Assembly (NCBI GenBank): GCA_963782115.1
Contig: CAWAIK010000003.1
Coordinates: forward strand, 448,001-512,000
DNA from: an uncultured Verrucomicrobiae bacterium
GTDB lineage: Bacteria > Verrucomicrobiota > Verrucomicrobiia > Chthoniobacterales > JAFAMB01
Length of the DNA: 64,000 nucleotides
Direction of reading: 5' to 3'
Made by a program: the position numbers and the translations under genes. The notes beneath the pieces were generated by a model. That model was not told where the DNA came from. It worked only from the letters and a program-made list of their open reading frames with translations, and searched no databases. Of the stretch, positions 63,160 through 64,000 are shown in pieces (position 1 is the stretch's first letter; every line of letters begins with the position of its first letter).

Positions 63160-64000
63160 ATGTTTGTGATACTAGGAGCGAGCGGTAAGGTCGGGCGGAC
63201 GACGATCAAACAACTCCGCTCTCAAGGAGCACCTGTCAGGGCCGTGGTGCGTCAGAGTTCCAACGCTGACGACCTTAGTGCGTCGGGATGCGAGATCGCG
63301 GTAGCGGATCTGAACGAGACGGCAGCCATAAAGATCGCAATTAGGGGTGCGGATGCGGTTCAAGTCATTTGCCCAGTCCAAGCGCAGGCGGAGGATGCGG
63401 CCGGAGCGATGGGAAAGACGATCGATGCGATTGCCAGCGCTCTCACTGAGATTCGGCCGGCCAAAGTGTTGGCGATCTCGGACTATGGTGCTCAGGTGAG
63501 CGATGGAACCGGGATCACTATGATCTTTCATTACTTGGAAGAACAGTTTCGCCGGTTGCCAAGCACGGTCACGTTTCTCCGCTCGGCTGAGCATATGCAG
63601 AATTGGGCCAGGGTGATCAAAGTGGCTTCTGAGACCGGTGCGTTGCCAAGCTTGCACCATCCGGTTAGCAAACGGTTTCCTACCGTCTCAGCCCAGGATG
63701 TTGGCCGTATCGCAGCACAACTTTTGACGGATGGGGTGACGGTTTCGGCGCCGCGAGTTGTGCACGCTGAAGGACCGCGTCGTTATGATTCTAATGAAGT
63801 GGCGGCAACCCTGGGCAATATTTTTGGGCGGGAGGTTGTCGCTCGCGAACTTCCTCAATCAGATTGGATCCCGATGTTGACTCGAGCGGGTGCTGGCCCA
63901 AGTTACGCGAGATTGGTTTTCGATCTTTATGTGGCGCATAACGCCGGGCGCATCGATGTCGAGCCGGGAGCTACTGATATCCGGTTTGGGACAACGGAAT
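63160..64000 (+). CDS. NmrA-family NAD(P)-binding protein, running off the window
   Basis: MFVILGASGKVGRTTIKQLRSQGAPVRAVVR Rossmann start; I saw no stop before the window end. Confidence 0.85.
   Translation, partial: MFVILGASGKVGRTTIKQLRSQGAPVRAVVRQSSNADDLSASGCEIAVADLNETAAIKIAIRGADAVQVICPVQAQAEDAAGAMGKTIDAIASALTEIRPAKVLAISDYGAQVSDGTGITMIFHYLEEQFRRLPSTVTFLRSAEHMQNWARVIKVASETGALPSLHHPVSKRFPTVSAQDVGRIAAQLLTDGVTVSAPRVVHAEGPRRYDSNEVAATLGNIFGREVVARELPQSDWIPMLTRAGAGPSYARLVFDLYVAHNAGRIDVEPGATDIRFGTTE

Overview
Bacterial chromosome segment; gene style and order suggest a soil Verrucomicrobiota (Spartobacteria-like) genome, which is my inference. Three zones. (1) 1-14.7 kb is core-like: GH3/PA14 beta-glucosidase, rpoZ, smpB, MMPL exporter, an LpxL-WaaF fusion, xerD and tRNA-Gly(TCC). 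(2) 14.7-39.8 kb is a ~25 kb integrative element bounded by a perfect 31-bp duplication of the tRNA-Gly 3' end. It has an intact tyrosine integrase, a ParE-type TA pair, a decayed AlpA/Xis gene and a decayed TrwC/MOBF relaxase. Cargo includes a COG4337 iota-carbonic-anhydrase-like gene next to SulP, an RND pump, ChaA and HupE/UreJ genes. (3) From 39.8 kb there is a second, related element in tandem (DUF433/PIN TA, Xis-like gene, phage-type HTH replication initiator, second decayed MOBF relaxase). It is followed by ~17 kb of mostly gene fragments and an intact ISL3. The best candidate for an undescribed system is this element family. Both copies carry the same non-coding array of TTCAAC hexamers at exact 10-bp spacing upstream of the relaxase. 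The second copy also has a lambda-ori-like set of four 23-bp iterons plus an AT-rich tract inside its initiator gene. No CRISPR array or rRNA was seen. All product calls come from motif recognition by eye, without database searches.
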